Source of the DNA: Octopus sinensis
Lineage: Eukaryota
DNA length: 64,000 nucleotides
Direction of reading: 5' to 3'
Assembly: GCF_006345805.1 (NCBI RefSeq)
Contig: NC_042999.1
Span: forward strand, 95,542,001 to 95,606,000
Both the position numbers and the translations under genes were made by a program. This document shows positions 12,241-27,432 of the stretch, in pieces. The notes below the pieces were generated by a model. That model saw only the letters and a list, made by a program, of their open reading frames with translations. It did no database searches and had not been told where the DNA came from. Position 1 is the first letter of the stretch. Each line of letters opens with the position of its first letter.

Positions 12241-14129
12241 TCATTTTGAACACACTTTTCCTCAACCATTCTTGATTTATCATGACACCTGGCTTCCCAA
12301 TCGAGAATACCTCATGCCTTTTATTATAGAATATTGGCAAATGTCCTGCTTTCTGCTTCTTTCTATGCTTAGTAAGCTTGCAATTTATATATTTATTTAT
12401 TGATTTGAAAACCTCACAGGTGCATTTGTACACTGATTTATCATAGAAAAGTTTCCAATGATTGTTGTATTGTAAAATGAATAACTCTTGCAGCTATTAC
12501 CTAAGCACTTGACACCACGTTTATTAAATGCATATATCACCAGAAATTAGGAATCTGTTGAATCATTTAGTATATGTAAAATATATCTCACAGGTATGGG
12601 ACATAGATATAGAATAAATATATGTGCATATGTGTGTCAATATAAAGAAAAAAAAACAGAAGCAATTAAATTAGTGAATAACTTTACTACCAACTGATTC
12701 TTCTGATAAACAATCACAAGTTACTTTTTCCTATTTTCTAATTCAAAATAACTCATTAAATATCAATAGATTATTACTTTTCTCCTTTCTTATGGTATAA
12801 ATCTTAGAATTCTCTAATATTCTGCTTTAAACATAATGAATGCAGATATCACTAGTTTGAACTCTAATGAATTCTCTATCTTTAGGTGCATTTTCTCTTT
12901 TCTGAGTATCATACCATAGAAAAAAACTTTCATGTATTATGAATATAAATCAATTATTTTACCCTAATCTTCAATTGGAATGGTTTTAATATGCAAAGTA
13001 TTACATTATACATTGTTCCTAATTTACTTTTTTACAAACTTCTTTAACTACTAAATCTTCAGTTATTCTCTTCAAGAGACACTTTTCCACATATATGTTA
13101 TAAACAGGTGAAATAGCTTTTTTTCAATAACTCTGTGGTAAAGCTTATATATACAAACACACATTCTGCATCTTGATAATAAGTCGGCAGAATGCCAACA
13201 GAATGCCATTTCTAGAATATTTTGTCAAGCACAACAGCCTTAACAGTAATGATTTTCAACCACATCTCAGATATTAAATCAAAATTAATATTTATGCACG
13301 TACTGCTGCATATACAAAATTATGAATCAATAGTTTATGGTTCCATGAAGAAATTGATTCAAATACAGTTTATGAAAAGCTTAAATTTATAAGTAGTCAT
13401 TGATTTTATATTTTTACTGCTCATTGCATACGACATGTAACTAACTAATTAACTTTTGATAACCTCAAAAGTCTAGCAAGTAATATCTATGGCAGATATC
13501 TGCATAAGACTCCAATGGAAATTAAGTTTCATGTGCTCTTCTATAGCCCTGTAACTGTGTAATATCTTTCAAGGATATTAAGAATTTCTCTGTTTGAAAA
13601 TAGCTTTCATTTTCCATCTTCCAGCAAGAAAATTATTTTTTGTTGAAAGTTTTTGATAAATTTATTTATTAGTTAAGAAGCTCTACTGAAAAATAGATAT
13701 TTCTTCCTTTCTTAGAACTGAAGCACACTTTAATGTTTCATTTTTGCTGATCCATTTCTCTTTCCCTTTGAGATTTCCATTAGTTTAGTTTAACTATATA
13801 TTTCACTATATAACTTCTAATTTAATTTCTTATGTTTATATCAAAATATTTAGGCTTGTAAAAATACTATTGAAAATATTATTGAGACAAGACTATCAAA
13901 GAGTTGATGACTGTAATTTCCAATCAACTTAAGTTCTTTCAAGCCCGCTTGTTAGAAACCACAATAGTCAACATCCTATCAAAATCATATGACTTGATCA
14001 ATTGAGATATTAAACTAAAAATAATTTGCATTAGCATAAAGTATATTGATATTACATAACAGTTTACAATAGTTTGGCATAAACTGGAATCACAAGCAGA
14101 TTAACAGATAAAGTTACCTTTATCTGCAT

Positions 14130-15620
14130 GGCAAATGTGCAGGAATAATAAGCACTAAGAGCTCACAAGACTTAGACTCTCTCTCAAATACCCAGGATGC
14201 TCTCTTGAGGTAGTAGATAGTTTCTGTTACCTAGGTGACCAAATTAGCAATTGTGGGGGATGCTCTGAAAGTATTGTTTCTGGAATAAGAATAGGATGGA
14301 GAAAGTTCGGAGAGCTGTTACCTCTCTTGGTAACAAAAGGATTCTTTCTCAGAGTGAAAAGTAGATTGTATGATGCTTGTGTATGAACAGTTATACTCCA
14401 TGGTAGTGAGACATGGGCTCTGAATGCAGGAGATATGCATAGACCAGAGAGGAATGAAGGCAGTATGGACTGCTGGATATGTAATGTGTGTTCATGTACA
14501 ATAAAGTGCAAATGTATTGAGAGAAAAACTGGGAATGAGAGGAATCAAAAGTAGCATGCAAGAGAGAAGACTACATTGGTTAGGACATGAGATGCATATG
14601 AATGGAGACAGTTGTATAAAGTAGTGCTGATCACTGAAAGTGGATGCTACCTATGGAAGAGGGAGACCCAAGAAGACATGGGATGAAGTGGTGAGGATCA
14701 ATCTCAGAATGTTGGGGCTCACAGAAATGACAATGGACTGAGATGCCTGATGAAATGGGTTTCTTGAAAAGACCCACCCATATCAGTGAAACTCAGTTCT
14801 GGAAGCGCTGTGTGTTCCACCCACATGTAACAATAAAGCTGGTCATACATCCTACCTCAACAAACCAAACTACATTTCTTCTCCCAAACTGCATCTTTTT
14901 TTTTCCTCACATTTCCTCTTTCATGCACTATGATTATCTCTCACTCTCTAATCTTGTCCTCATTGCCCTTCTCACTGTATCATTGCTATCCTGTGGTATC
15001 CCTACCCTCTCTATATACCCAAATTCTCACCAGTCACTGCATTCCCCATCTCCTCCCTACTCCCACTTCTTTGGCAATTTATTGCTGCTTATACATGACT
15101 TATGTACCTTGAGGGTATAACCTGGCACTTGCTACTATTTCTTTCTTCCTTTTCTCTACTGTCCCATCTATATTCTGATCACTGTTCCTTGTGAGTATGC
15201 CCTGGTGCTTCACCACCATCTCTTTCTTGCTCTCTCTTGCACTCTCACTGTCTTACACATACTCTCTCTCTCTCACTGTCTTGCTATCCCCCCCTCTCTC
15301 TCTCTCACTCTTCACTCTCTCTCTCTCTCTTGCTCTTCACTCTGGCTGGGTAACCATGTATCTCCTTTACAGCAGCTCACCTGTTTCTGTCTCACTGTTC
15401 CTCTGTTACACTTTAACCTTTCATCATTTGGCACAAGATCACCCCCTCCAATGTCTCCCCACCTCTCAATGGTTTTTTGTCTTGCAATTTACTTGTGACC
15501 ACTTGAGTGCTGGTGCCATGTAAAAAGCATCCAGTCCACATTGTAAAATGTTTGGCATTTAGAAGGATATCCAGCTGTAAAAACCACCCCAAAATTGACT
15601 TTACCTGTTCTGGTGCCATG
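14130..15620 (+). mobile_element. RTE LINE C-terminus plus long pyrimidine-rich 3' UTR, cut by the adjacent mariner
   Basis: VVDSFCYLGDQISNCGGCSESIVSGIRIGWRKFGELLPLLVTKGFFLRVKSRLYDACV, LHGSETWALNA, GRPKKTWDEV; tail-like gtgctggtgccatgtaaaaagcatcc...ccagctgtaaaaacc at 15505-15590. Confidence 0.8.
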
Positions 15621-16480
15621 TATTGGATTGGCAACTAAGTTCCTGCTGTTTTTTTAAATTCAAATTTTGTAAAAGGTTTAATAAAAAATGACAACTAATT
15701 AATCAATAATGTATTCACCCTTGTTGTTTAAAACTTCTTCCCAATGTTCAACAAGATTTTCAATACCATGTTAGTAGAAATCACCCGATTTCAACTCAAA
15801 AAATTGATTCAACCAAGCTCTCAATTCTGCATCAGTATTGAACGAAACTCCACTCATAGCATTTGAAAGAGATTAAAAGAGGTGGAAATCCGTTAGTGTC
15901 AAATCAGGAGAGTACGGTGGGTGTGGCAACACTTCCCACCCATATGTTTGAATGGCTTCCTTGGTCATATTGGGGATATGAGGGCAGGTGTTGTCATGCA
16001 GCAGAACTCCATGCTGTCAATTAGGTCTTTGCTCTTGAATAGCTGTATTGAGTCATTCCATCTGTTGAACATAGAGTTCCGCATTGACCGTTTGGTTCTG
16101 TTCAAGCAATTCATAACGGATAATCCCTTCCCAGTTCCACTATACACTCAATATTGTTCTATGCGTATGAAGATCTTGTTTCACGCGCGGTGTCACTTGT
16201 TTACCGGGGCTAAGCCATTCCTTATGCTGCTTCATATTGATGTACAGGCTCCATTTTTCATCACCAGTAACAATTCAATAAAGAAATTGTTGATTGTGTC
16301 CATGAATTGAGCAGTGACAAGCAAGCAAATCTGTGGAGAATGTGGCTCGTCGATTTTTGTTGTTGTCACTTAAAGCATGTGGACCCCATGCTCCATACTT
16401 CTGAACCTTTCCCATCGAGTGAAGATGCTTCCCTATAGCAGTGTGGAAGCATTCCATTTTCTCTGCATCTGAATTTTAGA
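15621..16480 (-). mobile_element. Mariner (DD34D) transposase pseudogene, 5'-truncated, with 3' TIR
   Basis: IVTGDEKWSLYINMKQHKEWLSPG, WNWEGII, LLHDNTCPH, WEVLPHPPYSPDL, DFHLF, NNKGEYIID*; TIR tattggattggcaactaagtt at 15621. Confidence 0.92.
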
Positions 16481-17029
16481 TACATAATTGGATCTGGAAA
16501 TGTATATGATTTTAAGTCAAGATTTATATCAAGAACTGTAGAAAAGCAGCCACAATATATCCACATTAATCATATATACTCTGATTCACAAGATTACTTA
16601 ATGCTTATTATTCTATCATTGCAAATTTATATTTGAATTAGTTATGGAGATTCTAAACAAGGTATTTGGATTGATAAGATGGCAACCAAATCTTCTCTGA
16701 AACAAATGCCTGTTCTGTTGAGACCACTAATACTAAGTATTGTCACCAGTGAGAATATCTTCCAAAACAAGATGAAATAGAGATAAAAATATAAAGCTTA
16801 AGAAAATTAGCATTAATTTGCAATAGCAAAAGTCAGTTAAAGAAGTTCATTAAAATGATTTTACTGTGAGTAGATTCACTTGTCAGAAATGTTAGAAATC
16901 ACTTTTCATATCACACCATTTTGAATAGATGAAATGGTCTTTGATAAAATCTTAACTAAATAATATTGATCAAATAAGTATTAAAGGCTCAAAAATGACT
17001 TGTAAATCATTTACCTACTATAAGGCTGC

Positions 17030-17240
17030 GTGCAGGCAGAATGTTACCATACCAGTCAAAAAATGCTTAGCAACATTTTTTTCAACTTTACATTCTGATT
17101 TCAAATGTTGTTGGGGTTGACTTTGCCTTTCATCTCTGTGGGGTCGATAAAATAAGTACTAGTTGAGTACTGGGGGTCAATGTAATGACATACACACCTC
17201 CCCCAAAATTGCTAGCTTTGTGACAGAATTTGAAATCCTA
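17030..17240 (+). mobile_element. tRNA-derived SINE, family A
   Basis: gttgactttgcctttcatctctgtggggtcgataaaataagtactagttgagtactgggggtcaatgtaat matches the other copies. Confidence 0.8.
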
Positions 17241-19109
17241 TCATTTATATCACCAAATAGATTATAATTTATATAACTGGTTTTGAATTCTAAATCTGTT
17301 TATTAGATAGCTTGAGGAGCTACAGATCAGAAACTCAGAAGCTATAAGTTAGATAGATGGTTGTAAATTAAGTCATAACTACACTATTTACTTTGTGGTT
17401 ATCCATTAAGCATTCATTTGTTTGCTCCATACAAATGGTATGCAATATGTATATTTACTATCAAGATATGTTCCTTCTACCCATCTCAGTGAACAGCCCC
17501 TTCAATGTATCAGCAGTCTCTAATTGTAGTAATCTATTCAACCCATGTCAGGGAATGGGAAATGATGATAATGATGATTATGATGGCACTATCACAAGCA
17601 CATACATGCATGCACATACATACACATGCATGCATGTGCACACACAAGCATGCACAAAATATCAATTAAATTCCAATATACACTAATTTTCAGATTTTAT
17701 TTTTGTATTCTTACAATTTTACAATATTACATATTACAAGTACTTCCCTGTTTTAGAACAATATTGCTATATAACAGTCTTCGGGTTAATGTTAATGTAG
17801 TAGAAACATTTTAAACCAATCAAAGACATTGTTAGAGGATTCAACTTTCTACAGGATTGCATTACTCTGAGTGAGATGATTTATAACTTTTTATAGAGAG
17901 GTATTACTTTATTTTATAAAATCCTGCCTTCATTTTCTACTTAACCTCTTTTCAATTTTTTATTCACTTGCCTGAAATTTATTTTACCTGTGATGAATTA
18001 CTGCTTAATTATATTTGTGAATCTCTTGTATTGATGAATCATTATTGTGTGTATGTTTATGAATGCTTGTGTGAATATATTTCATTTTGTAGGGATTTTT
18101 TTCTCAAATATATTGATAAATTCCAATATAAACTATTTTACTTCAACAGTGTCCTTGCTTTATATAGAATAATGTCCAATTGAAAATCTAATTATGTGCA
18201 CAATTTTCTTTGATGTAATTCTGATATGCATGTCAGTTGAATATTAGTTAATCACTTATTACTTTATTGGATAATATTTATACAATATTTACTTGTAATT
18301 AGATTAGTTTTGAGGCAAACATTCTAACATAGATTTATATAAGAAAGAACCTTGTGTTATGTTCAAATCTCATATTCATATATATCAATAAGCAAAAAGC
18401 TATTTTGCAATTATTTTATTATTTGCTTGAAAAAGTAAAAAGTGAACCTTATATAATTTTTTCAAGTGGACTACCATTGCATTTTCTATTCTTCATGCCT
18501 TGCTAATTTTGTTTTCTTAAATTCTTACCTCTATGTTGAACTATTAATAGTTAAATCAATTCATTATTGGTAACATGTGAATGTCCTAATCAGATGACAT
18601 CCTTCAACAAATTATATATTAGCTGCATCTTGATATCTACCATACATATGTAATTACTCAGTGTTACTTTAACCATTAACATTATTAAAGATTATTTGTT
18701 TTCCAGTACTGTTCATGGAGTAATATTTATCATCAGGCTACTTGTTACTGACACCAAATTATATAATGTGCATTATATATTCCATGTTATCATACAGCTA
18801 TAATACCTTTTGGCTATTTGATAGCTACTACATGTAAATTGTTGAGTCCTGTAGAAATTTATTCAATCACTGTCAGTATCCTTTAAGTATTCACTTTCTA
18901 ACTTCTGTATTTCCACTTGCTCTACTTTATCCTCCTATTCCTTAACAGTACTGTCAAAAGAGTTCTGCTTTTATGAACTGTTTTGTTTCATAACCTGACT
19001 TCTCATCACAAAATAATTTCTAGATAGGAAAGCAAAATGTTATATTTACAGAAGTTTAAGATTAGCAAGTTCTTATTTCTGTTGAAAATCAAAATTTTCT
19101 TTTCTGCTG

Positions 19110-19308
19110 TAGGCACAAAGTCCGAAATTTTGGGGGAAGGGGCCAGTCGATTAGATCGACCCCAGTACGCAACTGGTACTTAATTTATCGACCCTGAAAG
19201 GATGAAAGGCAAAGTCGACTTCAGCAGAATTTGAACACAACATAAAGACAGACAAAACACTGCTAAGCATTTCACCTGGCGTGCTAACGTCTCTGCCAGC
19301 TTGCCACC
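19110..19308 (-). mobile_element. tRNA-derived SINE, family A, near full length
   Basis: Reverse complement: ggtggcaagctggcagagacgttagcacgccaggtgaaatgcttagc...gttcaaattctgc...gtcgactttgcctttcatcctttcagggtcgataaattaagtaccagttgcgtactggggtcgatctaatcgactggcccc. The central domain resembles the conserved domains of metazoan SINE superfamilies (Meta/Nin type); the superfamily name is recalled, not searched. Confidence 0.88.
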
Positions 19309-20089
19309 TGTTAAAAATAAAAATAAAAAATGTTAAATTAGTAAAATATTAAAAATGGCTGATCATACCAACAATTTTTTGCTGTTGGCATTATCAGTTT
19401 ATTCTACAATAGTTTTATGGCTAGAAAAAAAATTATAGCTAGCAGTCCTCATTGCTCTTTACTGTTTGCATCTTCAGTTTCAACACCTATAAATCTCCAA
19501 AAATATAACTGATGAAATATTTGTTTATTTTACTAAGCAATAAAGGAAAAGGTGGCATTAAACATGGTGCTTTGTGACAAATATTACTCAATTATGTTTT
19601 GATATTTCTGTTAGAGTTCTTTCTATCTATGTTCAAATTGTCACTACTTACTACAGATATAAATGAATAATTTCATTACCAGTAAACAAACTTACTCTCC
19701 TTTAGTTTGTGATATGTTAGGTAAACCTCTAAATCACATGTTAATGCTGTTCAATTATTACACATCAGCATTTTAACCTGGTTGGTTTCTTATATTAGAG
19801 TTTTATAACTTGCATTTCTGTGAAAATGCTGAGCTTGCAGTAAGTCACAGAAGATTTGGGTGTGATGTTAATTTTCTAAATACCCCCTTATCTAGAAAGA
19901 ATTATGAAAGCCGACTATCACCAGCAACTGAAGTAGAAGCAAGAAGGAGAAGCTAGTTTTGGTTAAATTTGCTCCCTGGTTACCTATAAAAAATTATACT
20001 CTCAGCTAAGCATGTTTTTCAGTTTCTGTTTTATTTTAAAAAGAGGTAAAAAAGGAAGTTTCAGTCTCTCTTCCTCCCAAGAAGTTAGC

Positions 20090-20750
20090 CTATGAATCAG
20101 AGAGTAAGACATCTCCAATCATCCCAGTTTTGAGCACAGCCACTTGCATCTTTTTAGGCATTGCTAAGTTTCTTTAGATATTCTTTGAAAGTGGTACACC
20201 ATGTCTTCTTGGGTCTCTACCTTTTCTTAATTCTGCCCTTTGGTGGTACCTGTTGAATAGCAATCTTGGGATCTTTTTTTTAAATTTTTTTTTTGCATGA
20301 CCTGCAAGTCTCACTCATCTTTCTTTCACAATCTCCAGTAGGCTGTGCAAATTGTCTCTTCTCAGGACTTCAGAATTTGTGATTCTGTCCCTGTAGGTGA
20401 TCTTGAGAAGCCTGTATGAGCACCATTACTGGAATGTATTCAATCTCTGAGTGATATTGGCAGTCATTTTCCAAGTTTCTCCTGCATAAATTGATGTTGG
20501 TAGGGCATCGCTCTGGTACAACTAGATCTTCATATGGTTGTTAATTGAAATACTGGCCCAGCTCTGATCATTCCTCAGAACACTGCTGCTGCACACCTGA
20601 TTCATGGGGTTGATTGACATTCACTTTAGTATCTCTTTCTGTAGCATTAATGCTGCCCAAGTAGTTCAAGTTAGTGACATCTTCTAAAGGTTCTTGATTC
20701 ACAAGAAATGTTTCTCTTTGCCACTGTCATGCACTGCTTTGGTTTATACA
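20090..20750 (-). mobile_element. RTE-clade (BovB-like) LINE C-terminal fragment, decayed
   Basis: EPLEDVTNLNYLGS (cf. LExVxxFxYLGS), YAGETW-like motif, and a GRPRR/W-type C-terminus. Confidence 0.7.
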
Positions 20751-23359
20751 CCCCTTTCCTTGATAAGAAAAAAATCTATGTTAATGTGAAATGTACAGGT
20801 GAGATTGTTAGTAATAGTAAATTGAAACATATATAATTTTTGGTTGAATGCTGTTTTCATTTTTGTGGTAAGTTACATTTTTAATGACAGCAAAAATTAC
20901 AAATTAAGTGGTGTTGAGAAAGGCTCCTAAGTATGTGCAGCCACTTTTCTGAGCAAAGATGGAGTATGTCCCAAATAAGAGAAAGTTACAGTGGATGAGA
21001 GATTCATGTATCAACCATGCACACACACACACACTCACACGTATGGGTATGTATGTAAGTGGGTGGGCATTTAATAATTATTTCTATTACCTAAAATATT
21101 AAAAATATTTATTTTATGTGAAAACAAATCAAATTCAAAGACTAATACTACATTTGCATTTGATATCATAATCATATAACCATTGTGCATACTTTAGATG
21201 TGTACAATTTTAAGTTTGTTATATTTGAATAATAAAAAAATATTGTTATGCGTAAATTTCTTCTGTAAAATATTTTTTATACATAGAAATGATGCTCATT
21301 CAAGATGTTATTTGTGTAAGCTGTTTCATTTCACTGAATATTTCTTTAAAGTAATCTCACACAAGTTGTCACTATTTCACACAAAAAGGCAATAAAAGGA
21401 GCGTCTGTCAAATAGCCTTATCAAACTTGTCCAGGCTGAGAGGTTCTTTACAAAAGTTTCTCTTTGTTCTATAAAAAAAAAAAAGAAAATTCCCTTTTGA
21501 AAGAGAAGAAACATTCTCATGATTCATTTTATAGATTCTTAAAATAATTTCAATTTGATGTAAGGAATTTATTTAAACCAAAGCAATAATTGATTTCTTT
21601 TTGCAAGAATAGATTTGAGACACTGAAATAAATTACAATGAAAGGAAAACAAACTTGTAAGTGCAAAAGTCAAATAAAAGTCATATTGATGTAATGGTAT
21701 TAAGAAAATGAGAAGTGGAGAGAATGGTATATGTAACTAAAAGCATTGATGGTGTAGTACAATGTATGTTAAGAGAAGTTAAGCTGAAACCGGTCCTACA
21801 GAAAAAGAAAACAACAAAGAAATAAAATTTTTGTTATACATTTTATTGTAAGCAGGAGCAAGTCTGTGATTGAGAGAAAAGAATGGCTTAAACATCTTAG
21901 TCATTGCAATATTTAGAATATAGAATATTTTAAAATTTAAGAAGTAGCTCATTGCTATCTGAAAGTTTGAAGAAAAGTAAAATTAAAGTTGTAAAGAATG
22001 CAGTGGGAGCTAGGAAATCAAGTGAGAGAAATGTGTAGAAGGAAATATAAATATGACAATTAAAAAGTAAAAGGCAAATGATCATATGAATGTGTTTTTG
22101 ACTATCACCATGATAATCCAGTCAAAGAATGCATTGCTATGAGAGAGAACTGAGAAGAAAAAATTACTAAAAAATTTATTAACAATAATTTAAATGAGAT
22201 AAGTTGTTGCTATCATTATCTAACATTTTCTTGGCTATATTCACATGGTTTGAATGTACTTCTTTTAACTGGCTCTAACTATAAATTTGAGGGAATAAAA
22301 TATTTGGTGATCAGCTCATTAGTCTTGAGTTGAAATGCCCCTAAAAGCGTTCCTTTTGACAACATGCTAGATTGTTAGGAATAGGAATCAGATCTGGGAA
22401 TGTTGCCTGGTGTAATATTCAGAAGGATTTCCACTAAAATTCTTACATTATAATGCTTAGCCCCTATCCTTATGAGCTCTTGGAATTGAGGCAGATTTAT
22501 GTCTTCATGAAACCTGGTACTTTTATATTTTTAATTAATTTCTTTTCCTTATTCCATTGTAAATCTATGACAGTCTTTCACTATTCTCTAAAGCCAAACA
22601 AAATGAATAGCATTATTAAAATAAATATTGAAAGGAATCATTATTTAAACTTTAAAGGAAATATTCAGTAAATAAATCAAAATAAGAAACAAAACACTTA
22701 AATGAGAAACTAGTATAAATTTTATTTTAAAATACGTCCCACTCTACAGTGCAGCATAACATCTATTCAGAATTCTCAATTGCTTTTTAGCCATTTAGCC
22801 ATAACATCAATTGATGAAGAGATAAGATTGTAGCTGTTGTAAGCATTTATGGAACTATATACCCATGTGGAATGCTGAGGTTCAGCAATCCAAAAATATT
22901 TGAGTATCCCAAATGTCTTCAAAATATTCATTCCTACTTATTCATTTTCATAAATTCTAATTGAAAGCAAATAAAGTTGTAGCATAGTTGCTGCAGTAGC
23001 AGTAGCCTATCTGCCTTCCATTTGCATATGAATCGTTCTAGCAAAACAGAATAGATTTGACACAAATATTAGTGAATATCATGAGAAAAAATTGTTTTCT
23101 TAAATAATTTATTGACAAACAGCAGATTAATGAAGCTGCTTAATTAAAGCGTTTTTGTGCTGGAAATATTATTGGTCATGTTCCTCATAACTGACTTTTG
23201 AAATGCTTTCAGTTAAAATACTGGTTCTGTTGTTAGTTAGTTAATGGTATCTAAACATGCATTTGTGAAGTTTTTGTGTCCTTACGGATATGCTAAATGA
23301 CATCAAGAGTTGCATAAAGAAATAAAATAATTAATGCTCGTCTTTCAAAAGTAAAATAT

Positions 23360-23406
23360 TCAACCCATGCCAGCATGGAAAATGGACACTAAATGATGAT
23401 GATGAC
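23360..23406 (+). mobile_element. Extremely truncated RTE-type tail
   Basis: caacccatgccagcatggaaaatggacactaaatgatgatgatg. Confidence 0.8.
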
Positions 23407-26400
23407 AATGATATGGGTAACTGGAGTGGGCCACAAAGAAAGTAAATATGGTGGTGACAAGGTGACAGAATATACCCTTACAGTAACATGTCCAAGAATG
23501 TGAATGGTAAAGAGCATGAGAACAGAAAAATCAGAAGGTGTAGGTAAGGTTGCAAGAGTGAGAAAGGAGAATGAGAGATGGATATATATAAAAATTAGTT
23601 ACATATTACAAGTAGGAACACCTACTCATTATATTCCATTTCTGGTGCCTTAGAGAGATAACATCATATACATGAGATAATGAAGTGCATGTGTGTGTTA
23701 GCACACATATGTATTGCTTACTCAGAGCCCACTGCTCACACACTTAACACTTGTGTCAAGTATGATGGAGATAGTTTTAAATAATGCACTTTGTAGTAAG
23801 CTATCATTTATTATGATACCATAGAAAATGTATTTAAACTATTTCCATGTTGATGAGAATGATTTGCTTTAAAATTGTTTAGTTAAAATCTGTAATTTTC
23901 TCATATTTTTAATTGGTAATTAAAGGCTTAATTGTTTTATTTGAAAAAATATATTTTGATAAAAATGATGCAGTTGAGTAATTTTAGGTCTTTCATTCTT
24001 CCATTACATTTATTTATTGATCACAATAAACAAATATTTCATATTTTCTAGCACTCATATATCATTCATAGTGTTAGTCCTTCCTGTTAGTCCTAATATT
24101 CTCAAAACAAACCAATAACAAATTTAAATGAAATATATTTAATATATGAATATTAATTACACATTATTCCTAACTTTGATTTTTCTATGGTCTATTTCAG
24201 AAAGACTTTTAAATATTTTCCTACTGAAGCAAACTGAAATTTTCTAATATATTTCTAATTATTTATTTGTTATTAACAGTTTAGCCATCTGATATGTGCT
24301 TGCATTTCAATATTATTTTGTTTGCTAATTTCTTTTAAATTAATCCAGAATTCTACTTAATTAAAACTACTAATATCCTACATAAATAAAAACAACTAAA
24401 ATCCTCAGATCATTATTCTACAGTAAGGTTTAAAAAGCTGTCATCCAACAACATTTTAATATACTTAATCAAAGTAATAAAATCTAGCCCAATAGTTTAT
24501 TTAAAGATATATTATCATGAATAATCAACAATCAGTTGTACAATGAAGATAAATAAGTCTTGATCAGGGCCTGACTTGATTACATGAATGATTACTGAAA
24601 TGGATGACTAGAAAGAGCAAGTTGAAACTGAAGTTTTTATCTTTTTACAGTTTAAAAATGAAGAGCAAGTTTCTCTTCATAATTAATTGACAACCAGTTT
24701 TATCTCATATTTTTATACTATTTTTATAGTGTTGTGAATAATTTTTACAATAACAGCATGTATTGGAATATTTACTTTACTGGTAGTTTACCTTTGATCC
24801 ATGAAGTATGAATGGTACTACTTTTCTACTATGTATTTGTATAGTACTTTGTTAATGAGTATAATACAAAGACTGTTGAGAAATTCAAAATGATGGTCTG
24901 CTAATGAAATTAATAATTTTACCTCAGTATTAAAAGAAAATAGTATTTAGTTATGATCTCATTTATGATCAAAGAAATCACAAAGGTATTTACTAGAATT
25001 ATTAGTTTTCTTTTTTGTTTTTTATTTTTTATCTACCAAGAAAAAGATGTTTTACATATACTAAAAAGTGCAAATATTTTGCATAAGCAAATGTCATATT
25101 GAGCTAGCAGTACTTTCTCCTCCTTACAAGGGAAGAGAAACCTGTCTCTACACTACTGTAGACTTTGAGCAATTTTATAATTTTCCCTAATGAGTTACCA
25201 ATTCAGTCTTATAGCAGTTCAAGAGAACAACAGAAAACTAGAGTTCACCATTTTATGTGACTTACCAACAGATTGGTTTGCAATAAATACAGAAACTTTA
25301 ATAAATCTCTAAAACTGTTGCTGCTTTCCATTTTCTTTACTGGAAAATTTGATGACCACTAATGTAAAAGGAGAATTATAAAGAAAAGAATTATCAAAAA
25401 ATTTCCTATTTCAAATTGTATTATCAAAAATAAAAACAGCCATCTCTACTATCACTGCAACCAGTACTAATACTACTACAATTACTACTTTGAGGAAGAA
25501 CCATATAACAATTGCATTAATAAAGGCACTAGCTGATAAATCTGCTGCTGTACATCAACAATAACTACTATTGCTTCAGCTTTGATGATAGTGATAGCAA
25601 CAATAAAAGCAAATTTCTCCTCCTAGAATTGAGAACAGATTAAGTGAAGGAAAGAGAGAAAAAAAAACTATACTATAAAACTGAGGAGTAATGTGAAAAA
25701 TGTAGTAAAGTGGAACAACATGTGTTTGTTCTTGATTTCTAATTATTGATCCCATTTTCAGCGCATTTCTGCTGGTCTCTTTGCTTGGTACTGTCATAAC
25801 CTCATTGGGTGATGTTTGCTGCCACATCTACAACCACTCTAGTGGAATGATTTTTATTCATCATCATTGACATTGCAACCTCTATACACATTACAACTCC
25901 CAACCATTACTTCCTCCTCCACTTTCTTCTCTTTTCATTTTTATATCATTCTCTTTACTTTCCCTCTTTCTTTCTATATTAAACAAGCTTAAATTGCTTT
26001 TATTATTTCTCAGTTGTTTGATGTTTTTCACTTTTTTCTTACCTTTTTCCTTTCTCATTTCCTTATTAACTAGTTCTCTCTCTTGTTGCAAATTCCATTT
26101 TATTTTTTACTTATTTCATTTTTTTTTCTAATAATTTTACATTACTTTTTATGTTATTTCATTAGTTTCCATTCTATCCTTCTCCATAAATTTAGTTCAA
26201 TTAGTTTTCTCTCTCATGGCATCCCATTTCTTTCTTACCTTTTAGATTTAGCATCCAAGCTTCAATGTATTTAAATCAATTATATTTGTTAGTCTGACGT
26301 TTTGCATTGAAATAATTAACATTTCATGTTTAAGCAATCAAATTCATTAGCTTATTCTGTATTTCTTTGTTGTATTATATATTGAAAATTATTCACCCAA

Positions 26401-27432
26401 AAGTATAAAGCTGCATTCTATTCTTGATAAATAGTTATTATTTCTTATATACACTAGCATTTGCCTTTTCCTAACTATAATTATTCCAGTTTTTTGTTTT
26501 ATTTTTACATCAGTTACATTTTTGTTCTGATTTTATCTTTCCCTCTTGCTTCTTTAACTAAGGTTTTGTTTATTATTTAATCAGAAGAGTTTTATCGTGT
26601 CATTGCATGAAGAATCAGTTAATTTTTAGCTAACTGTATTACAGATGTGGAACCCTACTGCATTTATATTTTGAGTGCAGAACATTCCTCTGAGTTATTT
26701 TCCCCTCACCCACATGGCTGATATTGTCAGTGTCACTACATTCCCTTTATTTTTATATATATTGATCACTTTTTGCCTTGGTGATTGAGTTTTGCCAGTT
26801 GACTTATAGGCCAGATGCACATCAAAGGCTACATATTCTATATTTTTGAAATATTTAAACTGATTTTTATCCTCTATGCTTGTCGGTTTTTTAAACACTC
26901 TTAAAAGGGACAGTTGTGTTCTAATTGCATGGATAATCTCAGTTAGTCACAGTTTTCCTATACACTGTATTACAAATGTGATATCCTCCTACATTTAGTT
27001 TTAATTATGCTGCTGTACATCATTATGAACAGGCATTCATCCGTTTCACTGACGTCATCTACCTCTTGTCCAGAAAGCAATTATTTGACTTTCATCATCT
27101 CAACTATTAAACATTTTTTCTCTATTGTATATTTGGAATAACATATCTCATCTGTTATCATCATTGTCATCACCGTCATCATCATAATAGCAAAAATGAT
27201 TCACTCACAATGCTTACATACATTCATTCATACGTATATTTACATATATACTTTTATATATATATATATATATATATAATGTATGAATTATTTAAAATAA
27301 TACATGTTTACTTTTGGTAACTCATAAACTGTAGTATACAATTGCTAACCAAAGTTAGCTACACCATACCTACACATATGTGCCCCAATGAATTTCTTTC
27401 TTCATAACTTTCAGAAAAAGGATGTTTTCTAA

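Noticed and set aside
25762-25808. Possible upstream exon (ttttcag|CGCATTTCTGC...TTGG|gtgatg)
   Set aside because: Weak donor, and no frame resembles the expected SIF N-terminus; it could only be a UTR exon and needs transcript data.
26695-26898. ORF with VINIYKNKGN resembling the LINE RT IYKxKGD motif
   Set aside because: No following NYRxIxL or other RT motifs in any frame I could read; too little evidence.
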